Source of the DNA: Candidatus Omnitrophota bacterium
GTDB lineage: Bacteria; Omnitrophota; Gorgyraeia; Gygaellales; Profunditerraquicolaceae
DNA length: 62,509 bases
NCBI GenBank assembly: GCA_011620275.1
Contig: WOZK01000007.1
Coordinates: 1-62,509, forward strand
Direction: 5' to 3'
The translations under genes were made by a program, and so were the position numbers. A model generated the notes under the pieces. That model saw nothing but the letters and a program-made list of their open reading frames with translations. It did not search any database and was not told where the DNA came from. Below, piece after piece: positions 51,088-61,655 of this stretch. Every line of letters starts with the position of its first letter. The stretch's first letter is position 1.

Positions 51088-53454
51088 ATGAAAAATATAC
51101 GTACCGCTAGACCGGCAGCCGCCGCGGAACTCCGCAAAATAGACGCCTACTGGAGGGCCGCCAATTATCTCTCCGTGGGACAAATATATCTTCTCGACAA
51201 TCCTTTGCTTAAAAAACCTCTACGCAAGGAGCATATCAAGCCGCGCCTGCTTGGACACTGGGGGACCACGCCCGGCCTGAATTTCATCTACGCGCACCTT
51301 AACCGTATCATTAAGGCTTACGATCTGGATATGATCTACGTTATCGGCCCAGGCCATGGCGGACCGGCTATTGCCGCCAACTGTTACCTGGAAGGGACTT
51401 ACAGCGAACATTATCCGCTTGTATCCCGCGATGAAGTCGGGATGCGGCGTCTTTTCCGGCAGTTCTCTTTTCCCGGCGGCATACCCAGCCACGTCTCCGC
51501 CGATATCCCGGGTTCCATACATGAAGGGGGAGAGCTCGGTTATTCTCTGGCGCATGCCTGCGGCGCCGCGCTGGACAACCCTGACCTGGTGGTCGCCTGC
51601 GTGGTGGGGGACGGGGAAGCGGAGACAGGGCCGCTTGCGGCGAGCTGGCATTTCAACAAGTTCCTCAATCCGATCTTCGACGGTACAGTCCTGCCGATCC
51701 TGCATCTGAACGGTTATAAAATTGCCAACCCCTCTCTGCTTGCGCGCATCCCGGAGAGCGAATTGAAAGCGCTTTTTCATGGATACGGTTACAAGCCTTA
51801 TTTCGTCGAGGGTAAAGACCCGGCGAATATGCATAGGTTGATGTCCGGAACACTGGACAAGGTGGTTCTTGAAATTCAGAGAATACGTTCGGAGGCGCGC
51901 GGGCGTAGAAAAACCGCCAGGCCCGTATGGCCGATGATCATTTTGCGCACGCCCAAGGGTTGGACTTGTCCCAAAGTCATAGACGGCAAGATGGTCGAGG
52001 GGTCTTGGCGGTCGCACCAGGTGCCGCTGTCAGAAATGTTCTCCAAGCCGCATCATATCAGGATACTGGGAAAGTGGATGAAAAGTTACCGTCCGCGCGA
52101 GTTGTTCGATAAGAACGGAGTTCTGCGGCCCGAGCTCGCGGCGCTCGCCCCGGAAGGCAGACGTCGTATGGGAGATAACCCGCACGCCAACGGCGGAGAA
52201 ATACTTAAGGATCTTGTTCTGCCGGATTTTCGAGCCTACGCGGTGAAGATAAGCAGGCCGGGCAGGCAGGAAAGCGAGGCAACAAAGGTACTGGGTAAAT
52301 TCCTGCGCGATGTGATGTCGGCAAATTCAGCGGCGCGCAATTTTCGCGTGATGTGCCCGGACGAGATCTCCTCTAACCGCCTGGACGCAATTTTCGAGGC
52401 CACCGGCCGGGCCTGGGAGGCGAAGACCCTGAAAACCGACGACAATCTACGCCGCGGCGGCAGGGTAATGGAGGTATTGAGCGAGCATCTCTGCCAGGGG
52501 TGGCTGGAGGGATACCTGCTGACCGGCAGGCACGGCTTCTTTCCTTGTTACGAGGCGTTCATCCACGTGGTGGATTCGATGTTTAACCAGCACGCTAAAT
52601 GGCTAAAGGTATCGCGCAGGATACCCTGGAGACATCCGGTGGCTTCCTTGAATTACCTGCTTACTTCGCATGTCTGGAGGCAGGATCATAACGGTTTTTC
52701 ACACCAGGACCCAGGGTTTATAGACCACGTGGTCAACAAGAAGGCGGAGGTGATCCGCGTCTATCTGCCTCCGGACGCAAACACTCTGCTTTCCGTTGCC
52801 GACCATTGCCTGCGCAGCCGGAATTACGTGAACGTGATAATCGCCGGCAAGCATCCCGCGCCGCAGTACCTGGAGATAGAGGAAGCGGTGAAGCATTGCG
52901 CGGCCGGAGCCGGTATCTGGGGATGGGCGAGTAACGACCGTTCAGGAGAACCGGACGCGGTGCTCGCCTGCGCCGGGGACGTCCCCACCCTGGAGACGCT
53001 CGCCGCGGTTGATATTCTGCGCAGTAACTTTCCCAAATTGAAACTGCGGGTGGTCAATGTTGTTGATCTGATGTCCCTGCTGCCGCCGTCGGAGCACCCG
53101 CACGGGTTAAGTGACAAGGATTTCGACGCTATGTTCACCGGGGACAAACCGGTCATCTTCGCATTCCACGGTTACCCCTGGCTGATACACCGCCTTACCT
53201 ACCGCCGCACCAATCACGACAATATACATGTGCGCGGATATAAAGAGGAGGGAACTACCACCACGCCTTTCGATATGGTGGTTTTAAATCAGATGGACAG
53301 ATTCCATCTGGCGATGGACGTTGTAGACAGGCTCTCTATGCCGGCCGGGTATTTTAAACAGATGATGAAGGACAAATTAACCGAGCACCGTTGTTATATA
53401 GATAAAGTCGGCGATGATCTGCCGGAAGTGAAGAACTGGCGCTGGAAGCATTAA
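51088..53454 (+). CDS. xfp: Xylulose-5P/fructose-6P phosphoketolase
   Basis: [38 protein letters not shown]. Confidence 0.97.
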   Translation: MKNIRTARPAAAAELRKIDAYWRAANYLSVGQIYLLDNPLLKKPLRKEHIKPRLLGHWGTTPGLNFIYAHLNRIIKAYDLDMIYVIGPGHGGPAIAANCYLEGTYSEHYPLVSRDEVGMRRLFRQFSFPGGIPSHVSADIPGSIHEGGELGYSLAHACGAALDNPDLVVACVVGDGEAETGPLAASWHFNKFLNPIFDGTVLPILHLNGYKIANPSLLARIPESELKALFHGYGYKPYFVEGKDPANMHRLMSGTLDKVVLEIQRIRSEARGRRKTARPVWPMIILRTPKGWTCPKVIDGKMVEGSWRSHQVPLSEMFSKPHHIRILGKWMKSYRPRELFDKNGVLRPELAALAPEGRRRMGDNPHANGGEILKDLVLPDFRAYAVKISRPGRQESEATKVLGKFLRDVMSANSAARNFRVMCPDEISSNRLDAIFEATGRAWEAKTLKTDDNLRRGGRVMEVLSEHLCQGWLEGYLLTGRHGFFPCYEAFIHVVDSMFNQHAKWLKVSRRIPWRHPVASLNYLLTSHVWRQDHNGFSHQDPGFIDHVVNKKAEVIRVYLPPDANTLLSVADHCLRSRNYVNVIIAGKHPAPQYLEIEEAVKHCAAGAGIWGWASNDRSGEPDAVLACAGDVPTLETLAAVDILRSNFPKLKLRVVNVVDLMSLLPPSEHPHGLSDKDFDAMFTGDKPVIFAFHGYPWLIHRLTYRRTNHDNIHVRGYKEEGTTTTPFDMVVLNQMDRFHLAMDVVDRLSMPAGYFKQMMKDKLTEHRCYIDKVGDDLPEVKNWRWKH

Positions 53455-53483
53455 GAAGACAATAGGATTATCGGGGAAGTGCA

Positions 53484-54272
53484 TTGGCTCATCTATTCAA
53501 ATTAAAGCGTATTTTATCCAGAATGGACTCTGCCGTGCTGGCTTATTCCGGGGGAGTAGACAGCGTATTCCTGGCCGCTGTAGCCGGCGAGGCGCTAAAA
53601 GGCCGTCTGCTGGCAGTCACCGCGGATTCCCCGACTTATCCGCCGGAGGAATTACGTTTCGCGCGCTCGATGGCAGCGCGGCTAGGAGTGAAGCACTTGG
53701 TGATAAAGACGAGGGAGATAAAGCACGGGAAGTTCTTTTCCAATCCACCGGACAGGTGTTATTACTGCAAACGCGTGCTCTTTTCCGCGCTGCACAGTAT
53801 AGCGGATAAGCGCGGCATCTCTTGCGTAATAGACGCAAGCAGCCTATCTGATAAAAAAGACTACCGTCCCGGCAGCAGGGCCAAGAAGGAGCTCGGGGTG
53901 CGTTCTCCCCTGCAGGAGGCCGGATTTGATAAGGAGGATATACGGAAAGAAAGCCGCAGGATGGGCCTGCCAACATGGAACAAGCCGGCGATGGCCTGTT
54001 TGGCTTCCCGCGTGCCTTACGGTACGCCGCTGGAACCCGGGTTGCTCAAACGCATAAACAGGGCTGAACAGGCGCTCGCCGAGATGGGGTTGCCGGGAGC
54101 GCGGTTGAGGCATTACGGCAGCCTCTGCCGCATCGAGACCGCCCCTGTTTATTTCAAGACCATTTTGAAGAAAAGGAAACGCGTTGTCTCTATACTGAAA
54201 CGGGCGGGATACCGTCACATAACTTTCGACCTGCAGGGATACAGGCAGGGAAGTATGAATCTCGACATATGA
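53484..54272 (+). CDS. larE: LarE-family ATP-dependent sulfur transferase
   Basis: AYSGGVDS, RCYYCK, DYRPG, ACLASR, GYRQGSMN. Confidence 0.93.
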   Translation: MAHLFKLKRILSRMDSAVLAYSGGVDSVFLAAVAGEALKGRLLAVTADSPTYPPEELRFARSMAARLGVKHLVIKTREIKHGKFFSNPPDRCYYCKRVLFSALHSIADKRGISCVIDASSLSDKKDYRPGSRAKKELGVRSPLQEAGFDKEDIRKESRRMGLPTWNKPAMACLASRVPYGTPLEPGLLKRINRAEQALAEMGLPGARLRHYGSLCRIETAPVYFKTILKKRKRVVSILKRAGYRHITFDLQGYRQGSMNLDI

Positions 54273-54372
54273 AGCTCCGTTGATCGATACTTTGACAGGC
54301 TCAGAACAGGCGTCGGAGGTTTTCCTGCCGCAGATATTATATAGCACACCGCTTCTTTTTCCTGCTATTTCC

Positions 54373-54418
54373 TATTGACATATATTGACACTGTTATGCC
54401 GATGTCATATAATGTCGG
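54373..54418 (+). promoter_or_regulatory. Consensus sigma70 promoter overlaid by phased TGACA repeats
   Basis: TTGACA 54385-54390, 17 bp, TATAAT 54408-54413; TATTGACA at 54373 and 54383, inverse ATGTC at 54402 and 54412. Confidence 0.75.
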
Positions 54419-54447
54419 AGCAAATTTATCTCAAGGAGTGTTTATAA

Positions 54448-55137
54448 ATGCAACTTACCATTAAAGAGGTTTCCCGTCTCCTGAATGTTTCCGAGAGAAC
54501 GCTCTACCGCTGGATAAACAAAAAGGCCATTCCCGCTTACCGCATTCTTGATCAATACCGCTTTGACCGCGCTGAACTGCTGGAGTGGGTCAATAATCGG
54601 CGCATCAATATTTCTCCGGAGATATTCTCTTCCTCCGGCGAAGAGGAAGAGATGCCTTCTTTAGAGGAGGCGTTGCAAAGGGGAGGGATTTTTTACCGTG
54701 TAGGCGGCAATGATAAGCAGGAGGTCTTGAAGGAGGTAGTAGGTTTGCTGCGTCTACCGGAGAAAACGGACAGGGAGTTCCTTTTTAAGGTGCTTCTGGC
54801 AAGGGAGGAACTGGCTTCCACCGCCGTCGGCGGCGGCATCGCCATCCCGCACGTGAGGAACCCTATAGTTTTGAACATCCACGCTTCCACGATAGCGCTC
54901 TGCTTCTCGGAAAAAGCGGTGGATTTCGGCGCGGTGGACGGCAAACCGGTGCATGCTTTGTTCACGCTGGTCAGCCCCACGGCCCGCGTGCATCTTCAAT
55001 TGTTATCCCGCCTGGCCTTTGTCCTTCAGCAGAAGGATTTCAAGGATGCGGTCCTGCGGCAGCGGTCGCGGGAGGAGATATTTTCCGCGTTGCAAAAGGC
55101 CGAGGCGATGCTGGATAAGAGGAAAGGTAAAAGCTGA
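54448..55137 (+). CDS. Excisionase-type HTH fused to a PTS EIIA(Ntr)-like domain
   Basis: LTIKEVSRLLNVSERTLYRW..YRF; LAREELASTAVGGGIAIPH..DFGAVDGKPV. Confidence 0.92.
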   Translation: MQLTIKEVSRLLNVSERTLYRWINKKAIPAYRILDQYRFDRAELLEWVNNRRINISPEIFSSSGEEEEMPSLEEALQRGGIFYRVGGNDKQEVLKEVVGLLRLPEKTDREFLFKVLLAREELASTAVGGGIAIPHVRNPIVLNIHASTIALCFSEKAVDFGAVDGKPVHALFTLVSPTARVHLQLLSRLAFVLQQKDFKDAVLRQRSREEIFSALQKAEAMLDKRKGKS

Positions 55138-55138
55138 T

Positions 55139-57124
55139 ATGGTATTTATAGCCGCGGCGTTGCTCCTGCTTTTATTAAGCGGGCTCTGCGCCCTGTTCTT
55201 GAATAATCGTCCTGCAGTTGCCGCGGCGCTCTGCGCCACGGCCTGTATCGCGAGCTGTTTAGCGGCTTTGTTCCCGGTTTTCGCGGTATTCTTTTCCGGT
55301 CGGGAAATGTCTTTTGACCTGCTCTGGCCGGCGGCCGGAGGTCTGCGGCTGTTCCTGGTGCTCGACAGGCTCTCCGCTTTCTTTCTCGTGCCGGTGCTTC
55401 TGCTCTCCGCGCTGGCGGCTCTCTATGGATGGGGCTATCTGCGCAGGGAAAGGAACTCCGAGTCCTGCGGTAGGCAGTGGTTCTTTTTTAACATGCTCGT
55501 TGCTTCGATGCTCGCCGTTTTTCTGGCCGCGGACGGATTGATCTTCCTTCTTTGCTGGGAGATGATGGCCCTTTCTTCGTTCTTTTTGGTGGTCTCGCGC
55601 GACGAGGAAGAAAGCGTCCGCCGCGCCGGTTTCATTTACCTTGCGGCGTCGCACTGCGGTACCGCCGCGTTGTTTGTCATGTTCGCTTTCTTGTCGGCGG
55701 CCGGGATTTCCGGGGGGTTCTGGAATTCGGCGGCATTCCCCGGCCCTGACGTCGGTGTCCTGCGGGTTTTACTTCTGTCTTTGGGGATATTCGGGTTCGG
55801 CATGAAAGCAGGATTCATGCCATTTCATTTCTGGCTTCCCAGGGCCCACCCGGCGGCGCCCAGCCACGTTTCCGCTTTGATGTCCGGGATAATGATAAAG
55901 GCGGGGATATACGGCATCCTGCGCATGTTTTCCGTCGCCGGCGTGACAGATGCATGGTGCGGGGCGGCCCTCATTATCGCGGGTATCTGTTCCGGCATCC
56001 TGGCGATGCTTTCCGCCCTTAACCGGCGCGATACGAAAAGCGTGTTGGCTTACAGCAGTATAGAGAACATCGGGATAATCTGCATGGGGACCGGGCTGGC
56101 GGTTTACGCCGCGTCCTGCGGCGGCACCCTTGTCTGCCTGCTGGCGCTGTCCGGGGCCCTGCTGCATCTTTTCAATCACGCTTTTTTTAAGGGTTTGTTG
56201 TTCATGGCAGCCGGAGCCGCCGGCAAGTCCTGCGGAAGCCGCGATCCGGACGCGCTCGGCGGTTGCGCGAAGGCATTACCGGTGACGTCATCCTCGTTTT
56301 TTCTGGGAGCGGCCGCGGCGTCGGGTGTTCCGTTGTTGAACGGATTCCCCGGCAAATTTCTCATATATCTTGCGGCGTTCTGCGGGTTGCAGTTGAAAGG
56401 GTCCGGATTATTGCTGCCTTCAACGGCAGTGATCGTTGGATTGTCTTTGTCGGGGTGCCTCAGCCTCGCCTGTTTCACTGGATTGTCCGGGATTATCTTT
56501 CTCGGAAAGCCGCGTTCCTGTGCCGGCCGGCCGGAGGAATACAGCGCGTTAATGGGCGCGGCGATGATATCCGCGGCGGCCGTCTGTTTGTTCCTGACTT
56601 TCGCGGCGCCTTTATTGTCTTTTTCTCTTTGCGGGGCGGTCTCCGCGGTTTTCGCTTCCACCGATACCGCGTCGGCGTCGGGGCTGGCCGACAGGCTCGC
56701 GCCTCTCAGCTGCGCGTCCGCCTGGGTCTTCGTCTTGATCGCGGCGGCGCTGGCTGCCGGGCGCCTGCTGTTGAGGAGAAGAAAGGTTTCTTTCGGAGAA
56801 ACCTGGAATTGTGCTTACGCGGCGGCGGACGCGAGAATGCAATACACATCGGCCTCCTTTTTCTACCCGTTAAGCAGGACATTCACCTTTTTTAACGTCA
56901 GAAAAAGTCCCGCAGCCGTTTCCAAAACGACTTTCTTTCCCGGAGAGTATGAAGGATACTCTTCCCGTCGGATAGGCGTGTTTCGAACGCTTCTTTCCGG
57001 TATTGCCGCGAAACTTGAATTCAGCTTGTCGTGCCTGCGCTGGCTGCAGCAGGGCCGACTGCATATTTATATCATGTACATAATGACTGCGCTGTTGGCG
57101 CTGTTGCTTTGGAAGGTCAGATGA
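55139..57124 (+). CDS. hyfB: Hyf/Ehr antiporter-like subunit B
   Basis: WEMM, KAGFMPFHFWLPRAHPAAPSHVSALMSG, LAYSSIEN, TWNCAY..RMQYT. Confidence 0.88.
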   Translation: MVFIAAALLLLLLSGLCALFLNNRPAVAAALCATACIASCLAALFPVFAVFFSGREMSFDLLWPAAGGLRLFLVLDRLSAFFLVPVLLLSALAALYGWGYLRRERNSESCGRQWFFFNMLVASMLAVFLAADGLIFLLCWEMMALSSFFLVVSRDEEESVRRAGFIYLAASHCGTAALFVMFAFLSAAGISGGFWNSAAFPGPDVGVLRVLLLSLGIFGFGMKAGFMPFHFWLPRAHPAAPSHVSALMSGIMIKAGIYGILRMFSVAGVTDAWCGAALIIAGICSGILAMLSALNRRDTKSVLAYSSIENIGIICMGTGLAVYAASCGGTLVCLLALSGALLHLFNHAFFKGLLFMAAGAAGKSCGSRDPDALGGCAKALPVTSSSFFLGAAAASGVPLLNGFPGKFLIYLAAFCGLQLKGSGLLLPSTAVIVGLSLSGCLSLACFTGLSGIIFLGKPRSCAGRPEEYSALMGAAMISAAAVCLFLTFAAPLLSFSLCGAVSAVFASTDTASASGLADRLAPLSCASAWVFVLIAAALAAGRLLLRRRKVSFGETWNCAYAAADARMQYTSASFFYPLSRTFTFFNVRKSPAAVSKTTFFPGEYEGYSSRRIGVFRTLLSGIAAKLEFSLSCLRWLQQGRLHIYIMYIMTALLALLLWKVR

Positions 57125-58038
57125 ATAATCTTTATCCTTTATTCAATCTTATTATCGCGCTGACGGCGGCACCGCTGATGTCCGGGGTAATCAACCGGGT
57201 CAAGGCTTTCTTTGCCGGAAGGAAAGGGCCGCCTCTTTTACAGCTGTATTTCGATATCGGGAAACTGCTGCGTAAAGGCGCGGTATACAGCAGGACGACG
57301 GGGGTTTTCTTCCGTCTCGCTCCGCCGGCGGGTCTGGTTTTTATTCTCACGGCGTTATTATTCATCCCTTGCGGCGCGTATCCTGCCGTTTTGTTCTTCC
57401 CCGGCGACATGGTGCTGGTCGTTTATCTTCTGGGCGCTCAGCGTTTTTGTATGCTTTTGGCCGCGCTTGATACCGGTTCCAGTTTCGAGGGCATGGGCGC
57501 CAGCCGCGACGCGCATTTCTCGGTTTTCTCTGAAGCGGTACTGTTTCTGTGTCTGGCGGCTATGTCAGTTGCCTCCGGGAGCGTTTCCCTCAACGGTATG
57601 CTTTTTACGGCGGGAGGCAGGATCTGGCAGGTGTCTCCTCCTGTTTTGCTAGTCGTGGTTTTTGTTCTCTACATCGTACTCCTGGTTGAGAATTACCGTG
57701 TGCCGTTCGATGATCCCAATACGCACCTGGAACTGACGATGATACACGAGGCGATGGCGCTCGACCACGGGGGGCCGGATATTGCCATGTTCGAGTATGC
57801 CGCGGCGTTGAAATTCTGGATACTGGCGTCGCTGCCCGCCGGGCTGCTATTCCCCTACGGGATGAAACCGGATTTCTTCGGAAATTCCGCTTTATTCCTG
57901 GGAGTGATCGCGCTGACGGCCGCGCTCACCGGCGCGCTGGAGTCATGCGCGGCGCGTTTGCGGCTGGTGAAGGTTCCGCAGATGCTGACCGCCGCCGCGG
58001 CACTTTCCGTGGTGGCGCTTATTTTCTTGGCAAAGTGA
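57121..58038 (+). CDS. hyfC: Hyf/Ehr membrane subunit C (NuoH-like)
   Basis: GRKGPPLLQ, DTGSSFEGMGASR, RVPFDDP.THLELTMIHE. Confidence 0.9.
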   Translation: MNNLYPLFNLIIALTAAPLMSGVINRVKAFFAGRKGPPLLQLYFDIGKLLRKGAVYSRTTGVFFRLAPPAGLVFILTALLFIPCGAYPAVLFFPGDMVLVVYLLGAQRFCMLLAALDTGSSFEGMGASRDAHFSVFSEAVLFLCLAAMSVASGSVSLNGMLFTAGGRIWQVSPPVLLVVVFVLYIVLLVENYRVPFDDPNTHLELTMIHEAMALDHGGPDIAMFEYAAALKFWILASLPAGLLFPYGMKPDFFGNSALFLGVIALTAALTGALESCAARLRLVKVPQMLTAAAALSVVALIFLAK

Positions 58039-58045
58039 GGACACG

Positions 58046-58708
58046 ATGGTCGACGGTATATTGATGCTGCTGGTTCTTCTTAATCTTTTCTCCCTGGGGT
58101 CGACGAGGATATCGGCGAGCATCAGGGTCGTCGCGTATCAGGGAGCCGCAATCGGGCTGGTCCCGCTGTTCCTCCCAGGGAAGATAACCGGAGGAATTCT
58201 GGCGGCAATTGTTTTAGTTACCCTGCTGGTCAAGGCGGTAATATTGCCGTGGTTCCTGCGTTACGCGCAAAAAAGGGTGAATGTCAGGCGCGAAGAGAAG
58301 CCTTTCGTCGGCGCTTCTACCTCTATCTTGTTCGGAGTGGCCGCGTTGGGGACGGCATTTTTCATCAGTTCGAGACTGCCCATACCGTTTGCCGTCGTCT
58401 CGCCTTTCATCGTGCCGGTGGCGCTCTCGGTTTCCCTGACGGGTTTTTTTATCATCATCAGCAGGGCGGAAGCGCTCAGCCAGGTTGTTGGGTACTTGAT
58501 ACTGGAGAACGGCATCTATCTGTTCGGAATCGCCCTGCTTTTGGAACAGCCGCTGCTGGTAGAGCTCGGTATGCTGCTCGACGTTTTCGTCGGGATATTC
58601 GTGATGGGGATAACAGTTTTTCACATCAGCCGGGAGTTTGAGCATACGGATACCTCCCGTCTTTCCGGGCTGGCCGACTGGTTACCGGAAGTGAGGAGGA
58701 ACGAATAA
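58046..58708 (+). CDS. hyfE: Hyf/Ehr membrane subunit E
   Basis: VKAVILP, QVVGYLILENGI, VELGMLLDV. Confidence 0.9.
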   Translation: MVDGILMLLVLLNLFSLGSTRISASIRVVAYQGAAIGLVPLFLPGKITGGILAAIVLVTLLVKAVILPWFLRYAQKRVNVRREEKPFVGASTSILFGVAALGTAFFISSRLPIPFAVVSPFIVPVALSVSLTGFFIIISRAEALSQVVGYLILENGIYLFGIALLLEQPLLVELGMLLDVFVGIFVMGITVFHISREFEHTDTSRLSGLADWLPEVRRNE

Positions 58709-60169
58709 ATGGCAATTCTTCTTTTTCTGGCGCCTTTCGCCGCAGGGCTTGCCGCTTTTGTGATAAAGAACGACCGGCTTCGCCGCCGGCTTCTTTTTAC
58801 CGTGGCTTGCGCGCACGCGGCATTCGCGCTCTATCTATGCCTGTTCCCCCCGGGAGGGGAGGATTACCGCTGGCTCTGGTTCGGCTTCGACGCACTCAGT
58901 CGTTATTTCACGGCGGTCTTCAGCCTGTTGTTCCTCTGCGCTTCTTTTTATGCCGTGATCTATCTTAAAGGAGAAAAAAGCAGGCCGTGTGAGAAAGAAG
59001 AAGATCTATTGTTCCATAATGCCCCTGAGGCGGCCTTTACCGGCTGCCTGCTCGTGTTCCTCGCCTGTATGAGCCTGCTGGCGCTTAGCAGGCATTTTGG
59101 TTTGATATGGATAGCCATGGAGGCCACTACGCTGGTGAGCGCGCCTTTGATCTATTTTCACAGGCAGCGGAGTTCCCTGGAAGCCACCTGGAAATATCTC
59201 TTGATCTGTTCAGTCGGCATAGCGCTGGCGCTTTTCGGCAACCTGTTTTTGGCGGTTTCCGCTTCAGGACAGGGGCCGGGGATGGAGATTTCAATCGACA
59301 GTCTGCTTGGTCCGGGTGTCAGGCTCGATCCGCTTTGGCTGAAAGCCGGGTTCATTTTTGTCCTGGTTGGTTACGGCACCAAAATGGGGCTGGCCCCAAT
59401 GCATACCTGGCTTCCCGACGCGCACAGCGAAGCCCCCTCGGTGGCTTCTGCGCTGTTGTCAGGCGCGCTGCTGAACTGCGCTTTTCTGGCCATCCTGCGT
59501 TTCTACCAGCTTTGCCTGGCCAACGGTCTGGGATCCTTCTGCCGGGAACTGTTTCTTATTTTCGGGATCCTTTCTATGGCTGTCGCCGCCGTCTTTATCA
59601 TCGGGCAGTCGGATTACAAACGCCTGCTGGCTTATTCCAGCGTCGAACACATGGGGATACTTTGTTTCGCCGTGGCCGTGGGCACGGCATACGGTTCAAT
59701 GCTGCAGGCGGCCAATCATTCTTTCCTTAAAGGAGCCCTGTTCATTTGCGCGGGGAATATCCTGGCCGGTTTTAGAAGCAAAAGGATAGCGGACGTGCGG
59801 GGGATAGCGCATATTATGCCCTGGGCCGGCGTCCTCTGGTTTACCGGCATACTGGCCATCTGCGGGATGCCGCCTTTCGGCGCGTTCCTGAGCGAATGGA
59901 TTATTCTTAAAGCGGCGTTCTCCGCCGGTAATCTTTTGCTCCCGGTCGTCTATCTCTTTCTGCTGGGGGTCATTTTCATCGGTATGACCGGGACCGGGAT
60001 ACGCATGACTTTCGGAGTTCCCTCCATCCCGGAAGGGGGAAAATCCTTTCTGTCTTTGTTTCCGGCGCTGATCCTGCTTCTGCTATCGCTGTTTCTGGGT
60101 ATATACATGCCGGCGGCATTGGAGGGAGCGGTTTCCGGCGCAGCAGCTTTGCTGGGAGGGGAGGGATGA
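58709..60169 (+). CDS. hyfF: Hyf/Ehr antiporter-like subunit F
   Basis: EATTL, EATWKY, GTKMGLAPMHTWLPDAHSEAP, KRLLAYSSVEHMG. Confidence 0.9.
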   Translation: MAILLFLAPFAAGLAAFVIKNDRLRRRLLFTVACAHAAFALYLCLFPPGGEDYRWLWFGFDALSRYFTAVFSLLFLCASFYAVIYLKGEKSRPCEKEEDLLFHNAPEAAFTGCLLVFLACMSLLALSRHFGLIWIAMEATTLVSAPLIYFHRQRSSLEATWKYLLICSVGIALALFGNLFLAVSASGQGPGMEISIDSLLGPGVRLDPLWLKAGFIFVLVGYGTKMGLAPMHTWLPDAHSEAPSVASALLSGALLNCAFLAILRFYQLCLANGLGSFCRELFLIFGILSMAVAAVFIIGQSDYKRLLAYSSVEHMGILCFAVAVGTAYGSMLQAANHSFLKGALFICAGNILAGFRSKRIADVRGIAHIMPWAGVLWFTGILAICGMPPFGAFLSEWIILKAAFSAGNLLLPVVYLFLLGVIFIGMTGTGIRMTFGVPSIPEGGKSFLSLFPALILLLLSLFLGIYMPAALEGAVSGAAALLGGEG

Positions 60170-61638
60170 TGTCTTCCGGAGCCTCTATACAGAACAGCGG
60201 GACTCTTAAACTGGGAGATATCCCGCGCATGCGTATCGAAGATTTGCGTGGTTTCATATTGCGGGAAGTTTCTTCCGGCTCCAGGATTGTTTCCCTGTTT
60301 GGTCATTCCGGCCGTGAAGGCGGGACGGATATATTCGCTGTGACGGCGCATGATAAAAGCGGGCGGCTTTCGTTGGCCTCCGCCGCGGTGAAAGGCGGGT
60401 ATGATTCGCTCACCCCTGATTGTCCGCAGGCAGAGCTTTTCGAGCGGGAGATATTCGAAGAACACGGCATTATCCCGCGCGGCCATCCCTGGCTTAAGCC
60501 GGTGCGTAGGAATACCGGCGGGGGAGTAAAGAGAGAGTTCTGGCGCGTGCCGGACCGGCGCTGCCACGAAGTGGCGGTGGGGCCGGTGCATGCCGGGGTA
60601 ATAGAGCCGGGACATTTCAGGTTTCAGTGTCTAGGGGAAGACGTCCTGCATCTCGAAATGGAGTTGGGTTATCAGCACCGCGGCATCGAACGCGCGCTGA
60701 TATCGGCTCCGCCTGCCAGGGCGCTCGCGTATATGGAGACGGTGGCAGGCGACACCTCCATAGGACACGCGCTGGCGTATTGCCGCGCTTGCGAAGCTTT
60801 GTCCGGGATGCACATACCTGCCAGGGCACAGTGCCTGCGCGGCATAGCGCTGGAGTTGGAAAGACTGGCCAATCACAGCGGAGACCTCGGAGCCCTGTCC
60901 GGGGACGTCGCTTATCTGCCCACCGCGTCTTATTGCGGCAGGTTGCGGGGGGATTTTCTTAATATGACCGCGCTGCTTTGCGGCAGCCGTTTCGGCCGGT
61001 CCCTGATATGTCAGGGGGGAGTTAATTTCGATATGGATAACGGCCTGGTTTTTCTCTTGCGGGAGAAACTGGAAGCGTCCTTCGCCGCTCTGAAGGGCGC
61101 GGTAGGCCTGCTTTGGGTAACCCCTTCTGTGCTTGACCGTTTTGAAGGAACCGGCGGTCTTTCGGCGGAGCAGTGCTTTGCCCTTGGGCTTGTGGGGCCG
61201 GCTTGTCGGGCCTGCGGGATCGAGCGCGACATCCGTTTCGATTTTCCTTATGGGATCTACCGGTTTGAACAGATACCGGTAGCCACCTATCCTTCCGGAG
61301 ACGTTTTTGCCAGGGCCTATGTGCGCTGGATAGAATGTGAGAGGTCGGTTGATTTTATCCGCTCTCAGCTGGAGTCGATGCCGGGAGGGGTGACGCTCCA
61401 GAGGCCGGGCATTTTTGCCCCGGAGAGACTGACGGTGTCTCTGGTGGAAGGATGGAGGGGGGAGATCTGTCATGTGGCGCTGACTGATTCCCGGGGAGGG
61501 TTTGCCAGGTATAAAATAACCGATCCGTCTTTCCATAACTGGCTCGGTCTGGCGGTGGCAATGAGAGGGGAACAGATATTCGATTTCCCTCTTTGTAACA
61601 AAAGCTTCAATCTTTCTTATTGCGGGCACGATTTGTAA
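60166..61638 (+). CDS. Ehr (hydrogenase-related) large subunit, HyfG-like but without NiFe ligands
   Basis: VGPVHAGVIEPGHFRF, VEGWRGE, DPSFHNW; L1 reads ETVAGDTSIGH and L2 reads DFPLCNKSFNLSYCGHDL, so there are no CxxC pairs. Confidence 0.9.
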   Translation: MMSSGASIQNSGTLKLGDIPRMRIEDLRGFILREVSSGSRIVSLFGHSGREGGTDIFAVTAHDKSGRLSLASAAVKGGYDSLTPDCPQAELFEREIFEEHGIIPRGHPWLKPVRRNTGGGVKREFWRVPDRRCHEVAVGPVHAGVIEPGHFRFQCLGEDVLHLEMELGYQHRGIERALISAPPARALAYMETVAGDTSIGHALAYCRACEALSGMHIPARAQCLRGIALELERLANHSGDLGALSGDVAYLPTASYCGRLRGDFLNMTALLCGSRFGRSLICQGGVNFDMDNGLVFLLREKLEASFAALKGAVGLLWVTPSVLDRFEGTGGLSAEQCFALGLVGPACRACGIERDIRFDFPYGIYRFEQIPVATYPSGDVFARAYVRWIECERSVDFIRSQLESMPGGVTLQRPGIFAPERLTVSLVEGWRGEICHVALTDSRGGFARYKITDPSFHNWLGLAVAMRGEQIFDFPLCNKSFNLSYCGHDL

Positions 61639-61655
61639 ATACGGGAGAAAGGAAT

